From Chloroflexota bacterium (GTDB taxonomy: Bacteria > Chloroflexota > Anaerolineae > UBA1429), in assembly GCA_012729455.1 (NCBI GenBank), contig JAAYDC010000014.1, forward strand, positions 100,692-164,691: a stretch of DNA of 64,000 bases, read 5' to 3'. This document shows, in pieces, positions 49,116 to 58,741 of the stretch; the first letter of the stretch is position 1, and each line of letters opens with the position of its first letter. The position numbers were made by a program, and so were the translations under genes. The notes under the pieces are model-generated. The model worked only from the letters and a program-made list of their open reading frames with translations, did no database searches and was not told where the DNA came from.

Positions 49116-49579
49116 CGGTTCTCCCCCAATTCTTCAAGCAGTTGATCTTGCCAGCGCCACATTTCGGCGCGCTTGTTATCCTCGTTATGGTCATGACCCA
49201 ACAGATGCAGGCAACCATGCACCGTCAACAGAGCCAGCTCCCGCTCCAGCGAATGCCCAGCCTCGGCGGCTTGGCGCATCGCGGTGGGGACCGAAATCAG
49301 GATATCCCCCAGATAAGGGGCCTGCTCCTCGGGTGTGACAAACTCGCATTCATCGTCGCTTCGAAAAGAGAGTACGTCGGTGGGCTCGTCGATGCCGCGG
49401 TATTGCGCGTTCAGGGCACGCAGTTGCTCATCATCCGTCAGGATGCAGGTCAGCTCGCAATCCGGCGCCACCTGGTGGCTGGCCAGCACAGCGCTCAGCC
49501 AGGTGCGCACCAGCTCAGGCGTGATCGGCGGGTTCACCTCAACCACCAGCTCGACCTCGATGCCCTTGTACTGCGTCAC
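49112..49579 (-). CDS. ybeY: rRNA maturation RNase YbeY
   Basis: 155 aa. HGCLHLLGHDH zinc motif. Confidence 0.85.
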   Translation of the reverse strand: MTQYKGIEVELVVEVNPPITPELVRTWLSAVLASHQVAPDCELTCILTDDEQLRALNAQYRGIDEPTDVLSFRSDDECEFVTPEEQAPYLGDILISVPTAMRQAAEAGHSLERELALLTVHGCLHLLGHDHNEDNKRAEMWRWQDQLLEELGENR

Positions 49580-50328
49580 ACATCCTCCACCAGTTCGGCC
49601 AACTCGTCGCTCTGGCCAGCTTCGACAGCAGCGATACGCTCGGCGTACACCCCGCGATAGCGTTCAGGCAGCATCAGCCCCACGCGGATCATCACCAGAT
49701 CCGCCAGGCGCTGCAGATCGTCGACTGACATGCCGGCGCGCCACTCGGGCAGGCGAAAGGGCTTGCCGATGACCACCCGGCACAACGGCCGCTTAAAGGG
49801 CCGCCACTGACGGATGTTCTCGATGCCCCAGTGGGCGATCGGCAGGATGGGGGTGCGGGTACGCGCGGCAATCAGCGCAATGCCGGGTTTGGCCGGATGC
49901 ATTGCGGCATCCTTGCTGCGCTTGCCCTCCGGAGCGATCGCGAGGCATCCGCCGCGCTCGAGTATCTGATAGCTTGCGCGCAGGGCGTTGCGATCGGCCT
50001 CACCGCGATGTACAAACACTGCTCCAGTGACCTTGAGCAGGGCTCCAAAAAATGGGTGGCTGCGGTATTCATCAGCTGCCATGGGGATGATCTGGCGAGG
50101 CACCGGCGGCACGATCGCGCCCGAATCAAACAGGTGCAGGTGATTGAATGCCAGCAACAAGCGGTTCCGCATCGGGACGTTCTCGCTCCCCTCGAAGCGG
50201 TACCGATAAAAGATGTTCATCAAGCCCGTTACCCCGGTGCGCAGTATATAGTATATCGTCGCGCTGGGGATGCGTTCGGGCGTACGTTTTGTCTTGATTG
50301 CGGTAGTAACCGCCATACAGCTCACCAA
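49576..50328 (-). CDS. plsC: 1-acyl-sn-glycerol-3-phosphate acyltransferase
   Basis: NHLHLFD (HX4D) motif. Start may be ~35 codons internal. Confidence 0.75.
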   Translation of the reverse strand: MVSCMAVTTAIKTKRTPERIPSATIYYILRTGVTGLMNIFYRYRFEGSENVPMRNRLLLAFNHLHLFDSGAIVPPVPRQIIPMAADEYRSHPFFGALLKVTGAVFVHRGEADRNALRASYQILERGGCLAIAPEGKRSKDAAMHPAKPGIALIAARTRTPILPIAHWGIENIRQWRPFKRPLCRVVIGKPFRLPEWRAGMSVDDLQRLADLVMIRVGLMLPERYRGVYAERIAAVEAGQSDELAELVEDV

Positions 50329-50449
50329 ACGAAAGCGTATTGTCTATTGTATGAGTTCAGAGCCCTTCTGGCAAGTCATCAGAGGGCTACCCGCGAGTCT
50401 GCGTCTGCTTGTGGTATAATGTCGCCATTACGTGCCCGAGGTTGACCGC

Positions 50450-51469
50450 ATGCGCCTCTACCGTTACGACGACTCACAACCTGCTTCCGGGTGGGATAGG
50501 CTGGTATCCCTTGACCCGAACGGCCACCTGCTGCAGACCAGCGGCTGGGCGCGGTTAAAAGCCACCTCTGGTTGGCGTGCCGAACGCTGGTATGTGGAAG
50601 ACCAAATCGGCGTGATCTGCGGCGCACAGGTTCTGTTCTGCCGCCGCGGGCTGCTGAGCTATGCCTACATCCCCAAAGGACCGTTTATGACGTCCTATCA
50701 GCCGGTGGCGCTCAGCATGCTGTGGCACAAGATCGAGCACAGGTGCCGGATGCAACTGGCGATCAACTGCCAGGTCGAGCCGGACCTGCCGCCGGATGAC
50801 CCGCAGCTGGGCTGGCTGGCTGAGCATGGTTTCAAGCCATCCGCCATCAACGTGCAGCCGCTGCGCAGTGTGATTGTCGACCTGCTGGTCCCCGAAGAAG
50901 AGCTGCTGGCGCGCATGAAGCAAAAGTGGCGCTACAACATCCGCCTCTCGGAGCGCAAAGGTGTGGTAGTGCGTGAAGCCGGCGAAGAGGGTATGGACGC
51001 CTTTTACGAGCTCCTCAAAATTACCAGCGAGCGCGACTATTTTGCTATCCACGAGCGCGCCTACTACCAGGCCGCCTTTTCGTGCTTCAAGCCCGGCCGT
51101 GAAGTCGAACTTCTTTTAGCCGAATACAATGGCCAACCCCTGGCGGGTTTAATAGTTTTTTGTTTCAACGGCGTAGCGTACTACCTGTATGGGGCTTCGT
51201 CCAACGAACGTCGCGAGCTGATGGTCAATCACCTGACGCAGTGGCGCGCGATGCAGTGGGCCAAGGAGCGCGACTGCCACAGCTATGACCTGTGGGGAGT
51301 AGCCAACAAAGAATCCGACGCATCGGACCAGTTAGCCAGTGTCGGACAGTTCAAATCAGGCTTTGGCGGGCGCACCGTAAGGTATGCCGGCGCCTATGAC
51401 AAGGTGCTGTTCCGGCCAGCCTATCAGCTTTGGCAGCGGATGTGGCAGGCGCGCCGGCAGAGAGGTTAA
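50450..51469 (+). CDS. FemAB-family peptidoglycan interpeptide bridge peptidyltransferase (aminoacyl-tRNA dependent)
   Basis: FemAB/MurM-like fold over ~340 aa. Confidence 0.7.
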   Translation: MRLYRYDDSQPASGWDRLVSLDPNGHLLQTSGWARLKATSGWRAERWYVEDQIGVICGAQVLFCRRGLLSYAYIPKGPFMTSYQPVALSMLWHKIEHRCRMQLAINCQVEPDLPPDDPQLGWLAEHGFKPSAINVQPLRSVIVDLLVPEEELLARMKQKWRYNIRLSERKGVVVREAGEEGMDAFYELLKITSERDYFAIHERAYYQAAFSCFKPGREVELLLAEYNGQPLAGLIVFCFNGVAYYLYGASSNERRELMVNHLTQWRAMQWAKERDCHSYDLWGVANKESDASDQLASVGQFKSGFGGRTVRYAGAYDKVLFRPAYQLWQRMWQARRQRG

Positions 51470-51529
51470 CCGCCAGCGGTGAGGTACGCACGCTCAGGAG
51501 CAGGATTCGTTCGGAATTGTTCTCTTGAA

Positions 51530-51562
51530 CAACAAGAGGGATGAAAGTAACTTTCATCCCTC
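51530..51562. terminator. Perfect 13-bp hairpin between convergent genes (FemAB-like / gap)
   Basis: agagggatgaaag taac tttcatccctct. Weak flanking U-tracts, so function as a terminator is tentative. Confidence 0.45.
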
Positions 51563-51589
51563 TTGGATAGCGCTGGACGAGATTGATCT

Positions 51590-52603
51590 TTACAGGCCCT
51601 TTTTGCCGACATAGGTGATAAGATCGGCGATGCGATTCGAGTAACCCCACTCGTTATCGTACCAGGCAACCACTTTGATCATATCGCCGCCGTTAACCAT
51701 GCAGGAGTCGGCGTCGATAATGCAGGAACGCGTGTCGCCCTTGAAATCCACCGAGACGAGTGGCTCATGGCTAACGCCCAGGATACCCTTGAGCGGACCA
51801 GCAGCGGCCTCGTCAAAGGCAGCGATGAGCTCTTCGATCTTGACCGGCTTCTCGACAGTCGCCACAAAGTCAACGATCGAGACGGTGGGCGTGGGAACGC
51901 GCAGCGAAAAGCCGTCAAACTTGCCCTTGAGCGACGGGATCACCAGCGCCACGGCCTTGGCAGCGCCCGTGGTGGTAGGAATGATGCTCATCGTGGCAGC
52001 ACGTGAACGCCGCGGGTCGCGGTGCGGCGAATCGTGCAGGCGCTGATCCTGGGTGTAGGCATGGCAGGTGGTCATGAGGCCTTTAATAATGCCCCAGCGA
52101 TCGTTCACCACTTTGGCAGCGGGCGCCAGGCAGTTGGTGGTGCAGGAAGCATTCGACATGATGTTGTGCTTGGCTGGATCGTACTGATCTTCGTTGACGC
52201 CCAGCACGATGGTGAGGTCTTCGCCCTTGGCGGGGGCCGAGATGATCACTTTTTTGGCGCCAGCCTGGATGTGCCCGGCAGCCTTTTCGCCGTCGGTGAA
52301 CACACCCGAGGCCTCGACCACCACGTCGACACCGTGCTTTTTCCACGGGATATCGGCGGGCGTCTTGGACATATAAAACGCGATCTTTTTACCATTGATG
52401 ATCAAGCTATCCTGGTCAGCCTCAACAGTGCCCTTGAAATGGCCATAGATCGAGTCATATTTCAGCAGCAAAAGAAAGCTTTCGGCCGGGAAGATGTCGT
52501 TGATGGCGACAACTTCGATCTCATTGCTATAGTTCTCTACAATGGCTTTAAAAGCCTGGCGACCAATGCGACCGAACCCATTAATACCGACTTTGATGGT
52601 CAT
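51590..52603 (-). CDS. gap: Type I glyceraldehyde-3-phosphate dehydrogenase
   Basis: [15 protein letters not shown]...SCTTNCLAP. 337 aa. Confidence 0.9.
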   Translation of the reverse strand: MTIKVGINGFGRIGRQAFKAIVENYSNEIEVVAINDIFPAESFLLLLKYDSIYGHFKGTVEADQDSLIINGKKIAFYMSKTPADIPWKKHGVDVVVEASGVFTDGEKAAGHIQAGAKKVIISAPAKGEDLTIVLGVNEDQYDPAKHNIMSNASCTTNCLAPAAKVVNDRWGIIKGLMTTCHAYTQDQRLHDSPHRDPRRSRAATMSIIPTTTGAAKAVALVIPSLKGKFDGFSLRVPTPTVSIVDFVATVEKPVKIEELIAAFDEAAAGPLKGILGVSHEPLVSVDFKGDTRSCIIDADSCMVNGGDMIKVVAWYDNEWGYSNRIADLITYVGKKGL

Positions 52604-52697
52604 AGCTTACCCCTTTCCTACTTGCGAGGTACCCTCACAAGGCTACCTGAAATTTGGTTACGGCCCATTATAAATCAAGGCTCAGCGCGCGTCAAAG

Positions 52698-54527
52698 CTA
52701 AAAGAGCATCGATTCCGCGAACTGATCCTGGAAATCCGGACGGCCGGAGAGCTCGATGTATTCGACATGGCTGGTCAGGCATGCGGCCTCCTTTCTGGCT
52801 GAGGCGGAACATAGCGCCATCTTGGCGCCTGACCCGGCCGCGTTGCCCACCGGCAGCAAATCGGCATTAGGAAAGCTCGGGATCAGGCCGATCGCCACGG
52901 CGTTTTCAGGGTTGATATAGTTGCCGAATGCCCCCGCTAGGTAGACACGACGCACCGCGTCGGCGGTGATGCCCAACTCGCGCATCATAATCTCGACGCC
53001 AGCCCGGATGGCGCCCTTGGCCAGCTGTAGCTCGCGGATATCGCGCTGAGTGATCAGCAGCTCGCGCCCGCCGGCCCCCTCAGCAGCACCTGCCACCATA
53101 AAGGCGCGCTGCCGGCCTTCGCCGCGTGTGCGCGTCACCAGTGCTTCGGGCAAGCCCAAAGCCCGCTGTTCGTCGGCGCTGTTGAGCATACCGCTCTTGG
53201 AAACCACCCCTACGCGCAGCAACTCTGCTGACAGATCAACCAGGCCCGAGCCGCAGATACCGCGCGGGGGCGCCTCGCCGATGGTGTGCCAGATGAGATC
53301 ATCGCCGATACGCACCGCGTCAACCGCTCCATCGGCGGCACGCATGCCGCAGCTCAGATGGGCGCCCTCAAAGGCCGGGCCAGCTGCCGTAGAGCAGGCG
53401 ATCAAGCGCTCGGCTGACCCGAGGGCCATTTCGCCGTTGGTGCCGATATCGACTGCCAGGGCCAGCTCGGATTGGTTCTGCAGGTCGGTGGCTAAAATGA
53501 CGGCGGTGGTATCCGCCCCCACCCAACCGGCGATATTGGGCAAGATCCACGCGGGCGCCTCGGGATGCGCGCGGATACCCAAGTCGGCCGCGCATAACGA
53601 ACGCATCTCAGCAAAGGCCGGCACATACGGCGTTTGCGCCATAGCTGTAGGACTGACCCCCAGTAAAAGATGGGTCATGGTGGTGTTGCCCACCAGGGTT
53701 ATGCCGTAGACGCTCTCGCGCGCTACACCAGCCTGGGTGGTGGTATCGTTAATGATGGCGTTGATCGCCTCGACCACCTGGCGCTGCAGCACGACCAGGC
53801 CGTCGCCGCGCTCCGAAAACTCGATGCGCGAGATCACGTCATCGCCCTGTTGGGTCTGCGGGTTGAGGCGTGAAGCGACCGCCAGCTGGGTGCACGTAGC
53901 CAGGTCGATCAGGTAGCCGGCAATGGTGGTGGTACCGATATCAAAGGCCATTCCGAGCAACCTGGGAGGCTCTGTGCCCGGCAGAACCTCGAGCACAACT
54001 TGGTCGGCCATCACCAGCTGCAGCACGCCGCCTACCTGCCGCACCGCCTGCGGCAGCTGGCGCAGGGCGTAGAGCGTCATGCTGATGGGCTCGAGACCTG
54101 CATTGGCACGAACCTGTTCGAGCCGCTCCAGGTCACCGATTTGGTGCTCGAGACTGGGCTCAGGCACCTGCACCGCCTCAACCCGCAGCCAGGGATCCTG
54201 CGGCAGCTCAGATTGCAGGCCATCCACCAGGATGCTGACACGCGAGCGGCGCGATTCCTCCGGCACGACAGCCTCGACATCGCCCGTAACAGTCGCCTGG
54301 CAAGCCAGGCGGTAGCCCTGGGCGAGTTCTACCTCACTCAGCGCACGCGCCTCGAGAGCGGTCAGCGGTGAAACGCCATGCGGGGCGATGATGCGGCACT
54401 TACCGCAGGTACCCTTGCCGTTGCAAACGCTTTCGATCTCGACGCCGGCCTGTTGCGCGGCCTGCAAGAGTGTTATACCGGGCTCTACCTGAGTGGCGAC
54501 GCCATAGGGTTGAAAACGGATCTTCAT
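52698..54527 (-). CDS. ASKHA/DUF4445 protein with an N-terminal plant-type [2Fe-2S] ferredoxin domain (RACo-like reductive activase family, COG3894)
   Basis: N-terminal CNGKGTCGKCR...C. C-terminal actin-like ATPase region DIGTNGE. Confidence 0.65.
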   Translation of the reverse strand: MKIRFQPYGVATQVEPGITLLQAAQQAGVEIESVCNGKGTCGKCRIIAPHGVSPLTALEARALSEVELAQGYRLACQATVTGDVEAVVPEESRRSRVSILVDGLQSELPQDPWLRVEAVQVPEPSLEHQIGDLERLEQVRANAGLEPISMTLYALRQLPQAVRQVGGVLQLVMADQVVLEVLPGTEPPRLLGMAFDIGTTTIAGYLIDLATCTQLAVASRLNPQTQQGDDVISRIEFSERGDGLVVLQRQVVEAINAIINDTTTQAGVARESVYGITLVGNTTMTHLLLGVSPTAMAQTPYVPAFAEMRSLCAADLGIRAHPEAPAWILPNIAGWVGADTTAVILATDLQNQSELALAVDIGTNGEMALGSAERLIACSTAAGPAFEGAHLSCGMRAADGAVDAVRIGDDLIWHTIGEAPPRGICGSGLVDLSAELLRVGVVSKSGMLNSADEQRALGLPEALVTRTRGEGRQRAFMVAGAAEGAGGRELLITQRDIRELQLAKGAIRAGVEIMMRELGITADAVRRVYLAGAFGNYINPENAVAIGLIPSFPNADLLPVGNAAGSGAKMALCSASARKEAACLTSHVEYIELSGRPDFQDQFAESMLF

Positions 54528-55261
54528 GCGCCCTTCTGATACACAAGAAAGTGGGAGAGCCCCAACACCTGCAGCGGGGTGCGCTCCAAGGCATATGTCA
54601 GGCTACGCAGCGCTCGCCCCAGCCTGGGATGACGTTTAATGAGGTTGTCGTATCCGGCAAAGATGCGCTTGTGCGCCACAAAATGGCCGGGATGGCCGTC
54701 AAACAGGCGTTTGAGCTCATGTCCGGTGTAGGCACGCACATGCGGCGCCAGCTTGTTGCGCCACACGTTGGGCAAATAGTTGATGAAGAACTTGTTGCCA
54801 AAGTGGTATTGGCCGCGCCACATCACGCCGTGTGTTTCAAAGGGATACCAGCGATTGGGCACAAACACCACCAGACGCCCGCCAGGCTTGAGCACCCGCA
54901 CCGCCTCACTGACGGCGGCACGGTCGTCGCCGACATGTTCCAGCACCTCGTGCGAGAGCACCACATCAAACATGTTATCGGGATAAGGGAGCTGTTCGGC
55001 ACTGGCTACCCTGATATTGGGCAGCAGCTGGCTGGCTTCAGCCACGCGCTCTGGATCGATATCTACGCCGTGCACATTATCGGAGTAAGCGCGAAAGTGC
55101 GCCACATACACGCCAATGCCGCAGCCGGCATCCAGGATGACAGCATCTTGCAGGTCGGTATAGCGCTGAATCATCGCCATGCGGCGTTCCTGTCCGGCGC
55201 GCCAAACATAGCTGGGGTTACCCAAGGCGATGGTTTTATTCTGGTGCACGTCGCTCCTCAA
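54524..55261 (-). CDS. Class I SAM-dependent methyltransferase
   Basis: ILDAGCGIGVY motif I. ATGA overlap with the upstream ASKHA gene. Confidence 0.75.
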   Translation of the reverse strand: MRSDVHQNKTIALGNPSYVWRAGQERRMAMIQRYTDLQDAVILDAGCGIGVYVAHFRAYSDNVHGVDIDPERVAEASQLLPNIRVASAEQLPYPDNMFDVVLSHEVLEHVGDDRAAVSEAVRVLKPGGRLVVFVPNRWYPFETHGVMWRGQYHFGNKFFINYLPNVWRNKLAPHVRAYTGHELKRLFDGHPGHFVAHKRIFAGYDNLIKRHPRLGRALRSLTYALERTPLQVLGLSHFLVYQKGA

Positions 55262-55375
55262 ACGCAGAGTGTACTACCGCTATAGACTGGCTGCAAACAT
55301 CACGCCGATTTGCATATTCTTGAGTACCGTGCTATATTATTGGCTACGAGTTTGCGCACACGTTAAGGGGAGAAC

Positions 55376-55600
55376 ATGTCAGTCATTACCAAAGATATGA
55401 CCATCGGTGAGATCGTCAGTACTTATCCGGCTACGGTCAAGACCTTTTTTGCTCACGGCCTGATGTGCGTCGGCTGTGCGGCTGCCAGGTTCGAGAACCT
55501 CGAGCAGGGTGCCATGGCGCATGGCATCGATGTCGAAGCGCTTTTAAAGGATCTCAACCAAGTCGTGGCCAACGCGGCCACCGAGACGGTTACCAACTAG
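55376..55600 (+). CDS. DUF1858-type small redox protein (hybrid-cluster-protein-associated disulfide family)
   Basis: 74 aa. MTIGEIVSTYP...GLMCVGCAAA. Confidence 0.55.
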   Translation: MSVITKDMTIGEIVSTYPATVKTFFAHGLMCVGCAAARFENLEQGAMAHGIDVEALLKDLNQVVANAATETVTN

Positions 55601-55670
55601 CTTTTGGTATGGGGGGAGAACAGATAGCCACCTGGGAACCCGTGGCTATCTTTTTTTATGAGGCAAGCAC

Positions 55671-56348
55671 GTGAACGATAACAGCGATCGGGCGGCTCTG
55701 CTGAACTGGGTAGATGCCACTCTAACTGGTGCGTATGGCGAACCGCAGCTTAAGCCGCAGCAGGAACCGCTTGGCGAGCTGGTACAGACGATCCTCTCGC
55801 AAAACACTGCCGATATCAACACCGCACGCGCCTATGCCGAACTGCGCCGGCGCTTCCCGAGCTGGTATGACATGATGCACGCAAGTGTGGATGAGATTGC
55901 CGATGCTATCCGCATCGGCGGGCTGGCGCACATCAAGGCACCGCGCATCAAGGCCATCCTCGAGCAGCTCTATGCCGAGCGGGGCTCGCTCGACCTGTCT
56001 TACCTGGCTGATATGCCCGTCGACGAGGTGCGCAGGCACCTCACTCGTTTTCACGGAGTAGGCAACAAGACAGCTGCCTGCGTGCTGCTCTTTGCGCTGC
56101 ATATGCCCGCGTTGCCGGTCGATACACACGTGCTGCGAGTCAGCCAGCGTCTGGGGTTGGTAGCTCCCAAAGCCACTGCCGACCAGACCCAAGCCTGGCT
56201 GGAGGCAAAGCTGGACCCGGCGCGCTACTACCCCTTTCACCTCAACATGATCCACCACGGGCGGGTATGCTGCCTGGCGCGAAATCCGCGCTGCAGCAGC
56301 TGCCCTCTGGCGGCCCGCTGCCGATTCTTGTTTACATCCGGCACTTGA
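55671..56348 (+). CDS. nth: Endonuclease III-like HhH-GPD DNA glycosylase with [4Fe-4S] cluster
   Basis: HhH-GPD block. C-terminal CLARNPRCSSCPLAARC. Confidence 0.8.
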   Translation: MNDNSDRAALLNWVDATLTGAYGEPQLKPQQEPLGELVQTILSQNTADINTARAYAELRRRFPSWYDMMHASVDEIADAIRIGGLAHIKAPRIKAILEQLYAERGSLDLSYLADMPVDEVRRHLTRFHGVGNKTAACVLLFALHMPALPVDTHVLRVSQRLGLVAPKATADQTQAWLEAKLDPARYYPFHLNMIHHGRVCCLARNPRCSSCPLAARCRFLFTSGT

Positions 56349-56401
56349 TTCTTTATAATGCAGATGGAACGTTGCATCTATTTTCACGTATAGATTCGTG
56401 A

Positions 56402-56956
56402 GTGAGCAATAGCGCGCACCAAAGGAGGCACGACGCGATGAGCGGAGATCTGAACGAACGTATCGAGGAATCGCAGGGTAAAATCGAACGCCTGATTTCG
56501 GGGATCCCAGGCTACAAGGGTTACAAGCAAAAGGAGCAGCGCCGCGAAGCTGACAAGCTGCTGCGGTTGCACATTGCCCGCCAGTTTGATGAGCAACTGC
56601 TGCGCATGAACGCTATCACCCGCAAGCTCTCGTACCGCGGCAAGCTCTCGGATATCACCATGGCCGACCGTGCTGCCAACAAGCTGCAGCTCCTGATCGA
56701 CCGCATCAAGAACGCCTCGATGGGCTATTCTGGCCTGTTTGATGCCATCAAGGTGCGCGAAGAAGAGCTCGACAAGCTCTATAACTTTGACCTTGCTATG
56801 CTGGATGGCGTAAGCCGTGTTGCAGAGCTGATCGACCAGATCGAGCAGCACTATGCCAGCGAGCTGCCGATTGCCGAGCCGGTCGATCTCCTGATCGCCG
56901 AGCTCGAGGCGCAGAACGCTACCTTTAGCACCCGCCAAGACGTTATTCTGGCATAG
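56402..56956 (+). CDS. Hypothetical helical protein, partner of the downstream SPFH protein
   Basis: 184 aa. Predicted coiled-coil. No recognisable motif. 29-nt gap to the next gene. Confidence 0.45.
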   Translation: MSNSAHQRRHDAMSGDLNERIEESQGKIERLISGIPGYKGYKQKEQRREADKLLRLHIARQFDEQLLRMNAITRKLSYRGKLSDITMADRAANKLQLLIDRIKNASMGYSGLFDAIKVREEELDKLYNFDLAMLDGVSRVAELIDQIEQHYASELPIAEPVDLLIAELEAQNATFSTRQDVILA

Positions 56957-56985
56957 TTCGCATATCCCATTCACTGGAGGATCAC

Positions 56986-58074
56986 ATGGCTAGAATCTTT
57001 GATGTAATCGAAAGCCCCGACATCGCCGCAAACGAGCTGGTGAGGCGCTTCCCGGAATCCGGCTCGGGCGATTTCAGGCTTGGCTCGCAGCTGATCGTGC
57101 GCGAAGGCCAGGCAGCAGTATTCTTTCGCGATGGCAAGGCGTTGGATACCTTTGGCCCAGGCCGCCACACCATCACCACAGCCAACATCCCGCTCCTGAC
57201 GGGCCTGTTAAGCCTGGCATTTGGCGGCAACACGCCATTCACCGCCGAGGTTTACTTTGTCTCGGTACGCGACATGATCGACCAGCGCTGGGGCACGACT
57301 GAACCCATCACCCTGCCCGATTCGGTGCTGGGAATGGTGCGCATCCGCTCGTACGGCACCTATAGCTTTGCCGTTACCGAACCGCAGCGTTTTGTTTCGC
57401 AAGTGGTAGGCGCCCGCGGCTATTATTCCACTAAGGACGTTACTAACTACCTGCGCAGCATGATCATCAGCCGCCTCTCGAGCGTGCTGGGCGCCAACTT
57501 CTCTACCTTGCTGGATATGCCCAGCATGTTTGACGGCGTCTCGGCCGCCGGGCGTACCCGCATGCAGGAGGATTTCACCGCTATCGGCCTGACGCTCAAG
57601 CAGTTCTATATCGAATCCGTCAGCCCGACCGAAGAGACCAGCAAGGCGATCGACGAGCGCGCCGCGATGGGCGCCATCGGCGATATCGACAAGTATGTCA
57701 AGTTCAAGACCGCGCGCGGCATCGAAATAGCCGCCGGCACCGATACGGGCGCCTCGGGTGCCCAGATCGGCATGAGCCTGGCTGCCGGTATGACGGCCGG
57801 CCGCGCTGTGGCCGATTCGTTCGCCCAGGGCACAGCTGGCCAACCCGCACAGGGCGCTCCTGGGGTTGCCGGTGCAGCCGCAGCCGGTGCCGTTGCTGCC
57901 GGCGCAGCCGCCGCGGCAATCAAGTGCCCCAACTGCAATGCCGATAACCCGGCCGCGGCCAAGTTCTGCAACAGTTGCGGACAGCAGATCGGCGGAGCGC
58001 TGAAATGCTCAAACTGCGGGGTCGAAAACCCGGTAGGAAGCAAGTTCTGCAATAACTGCGGCAACAAATTCTGA
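56986..58074 (+). CDS. SPFH/band-7-domain protein (YdjI/COG4260-like) with a Gly/Ala-rich linker and two C-terminal zinc ribbons
   Basis: 362 aa. SPFH N-domain. CPNCNA..CNSCG and CSNCG..CNNCG. Confidence 0.7.
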   Translation: MARIFDVIESPDIAANELVRRFPESGSGDFRLGSQLIVREGQAAVFFRDGKALDTFGPGRHTITTANIPLLTGLLSLAFGGNTPFTAEVYFVSVRDMIDQRWGTTEPITLPDSVLGMVRIRSYGTYSFAVTEPQRFVSQVVGARGYYSTKDVTNYLRSMIISRLSSVLGANFSTLLDMPSMFDGVSAAGRTRMQEDFTAIGLTLKQFYIESVSPTEETSKAIDERAAMGAIGDIDKYVKFKTARGIEIAAGTDTGASGAQIGMSLAAGMTAGRAVADSFAQGTAGQPAQGAPGVAGAAAAGAVAAGAAAAAIKCPNCNADNPAAAKFCNSCGQQIGGALKCSNCGVENPVGSKFCNNCGNKF

Positions 58075-58193
58075 GCGTACCTCAACACTCGGCAGGTCAG
58101 CCCTTGAACCTGCCGAGTTTGCTTTTCCCGCTTGTTTGCAGATCTCGTTTTCTAATGTATGATAGGGGAATAATCCATCCGAGTGAGAATGCT

Positions 58194-58646
58194 ATGGAAG
58201 TCATCCTGCTTAAAGAAGTCAAGCGTCTGGGGCAAGCCGGCGAAATCAAAAAGGTCGCGGATGGATTCGCGCGCAACTATTTAATTCCCCGTGGGCTGGC
58301 TGTACCTGCCAAGCAGGGCGCCCGCCAGGTCCTGGCAGACCAGACCAGGAGCGAACAACGCCAGGCTGATAATGAGTTGGCTGCCGCTAACGCCCTGGCA
58401 AAAAAACTCCAGGATGTGGTAGTGACCCTCAAAGCCAAAGTCGGTGAATCTGGCCGTTTGTACGGCTCTATCACCAGTGCAAATATCGCCACCGAACTGG
58501 CCGCCATCACCGGCGAGGAAATCGACAAGCGCAAAGTGCAGCTAGACGAGCCGATCAAAGAAGTCGGCAAGAGCGAGGTTACGATCAGGTTGCACAGCGA
58601 TGTCAAAGTCACGGTGCCAGTCGTCGTCGAGGGCGAGGTTGTCTGA
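58194..58646 (+). CDS. rplI: 50S ribosomal protein L9
   Basis: [36 protein letters not shown]... 150 aa. Confidence 0.85.
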   Translation: MEVILLKEVKRLGQAGEIKKVADGFARNYLIPRGLAVPAKQGARQVLADQTRSEQRQADNELAAANALAKKLQDVVVTLKAKVGESGRLYGSITSANIATELAAITGEEIDKRKVQLDEPIKEVGKSEVTIRLHSDVKVTVPVVVEGEVV

Positions 58647-58741
58647 CCAACGCAGCGCCCTGGATTGCCGTCCAACTACGAGAGCCAAAATCAAATAACC
58701 GAAAATATCGCAAAGCAGCCATTCCAAGGGAGAATGTATTT

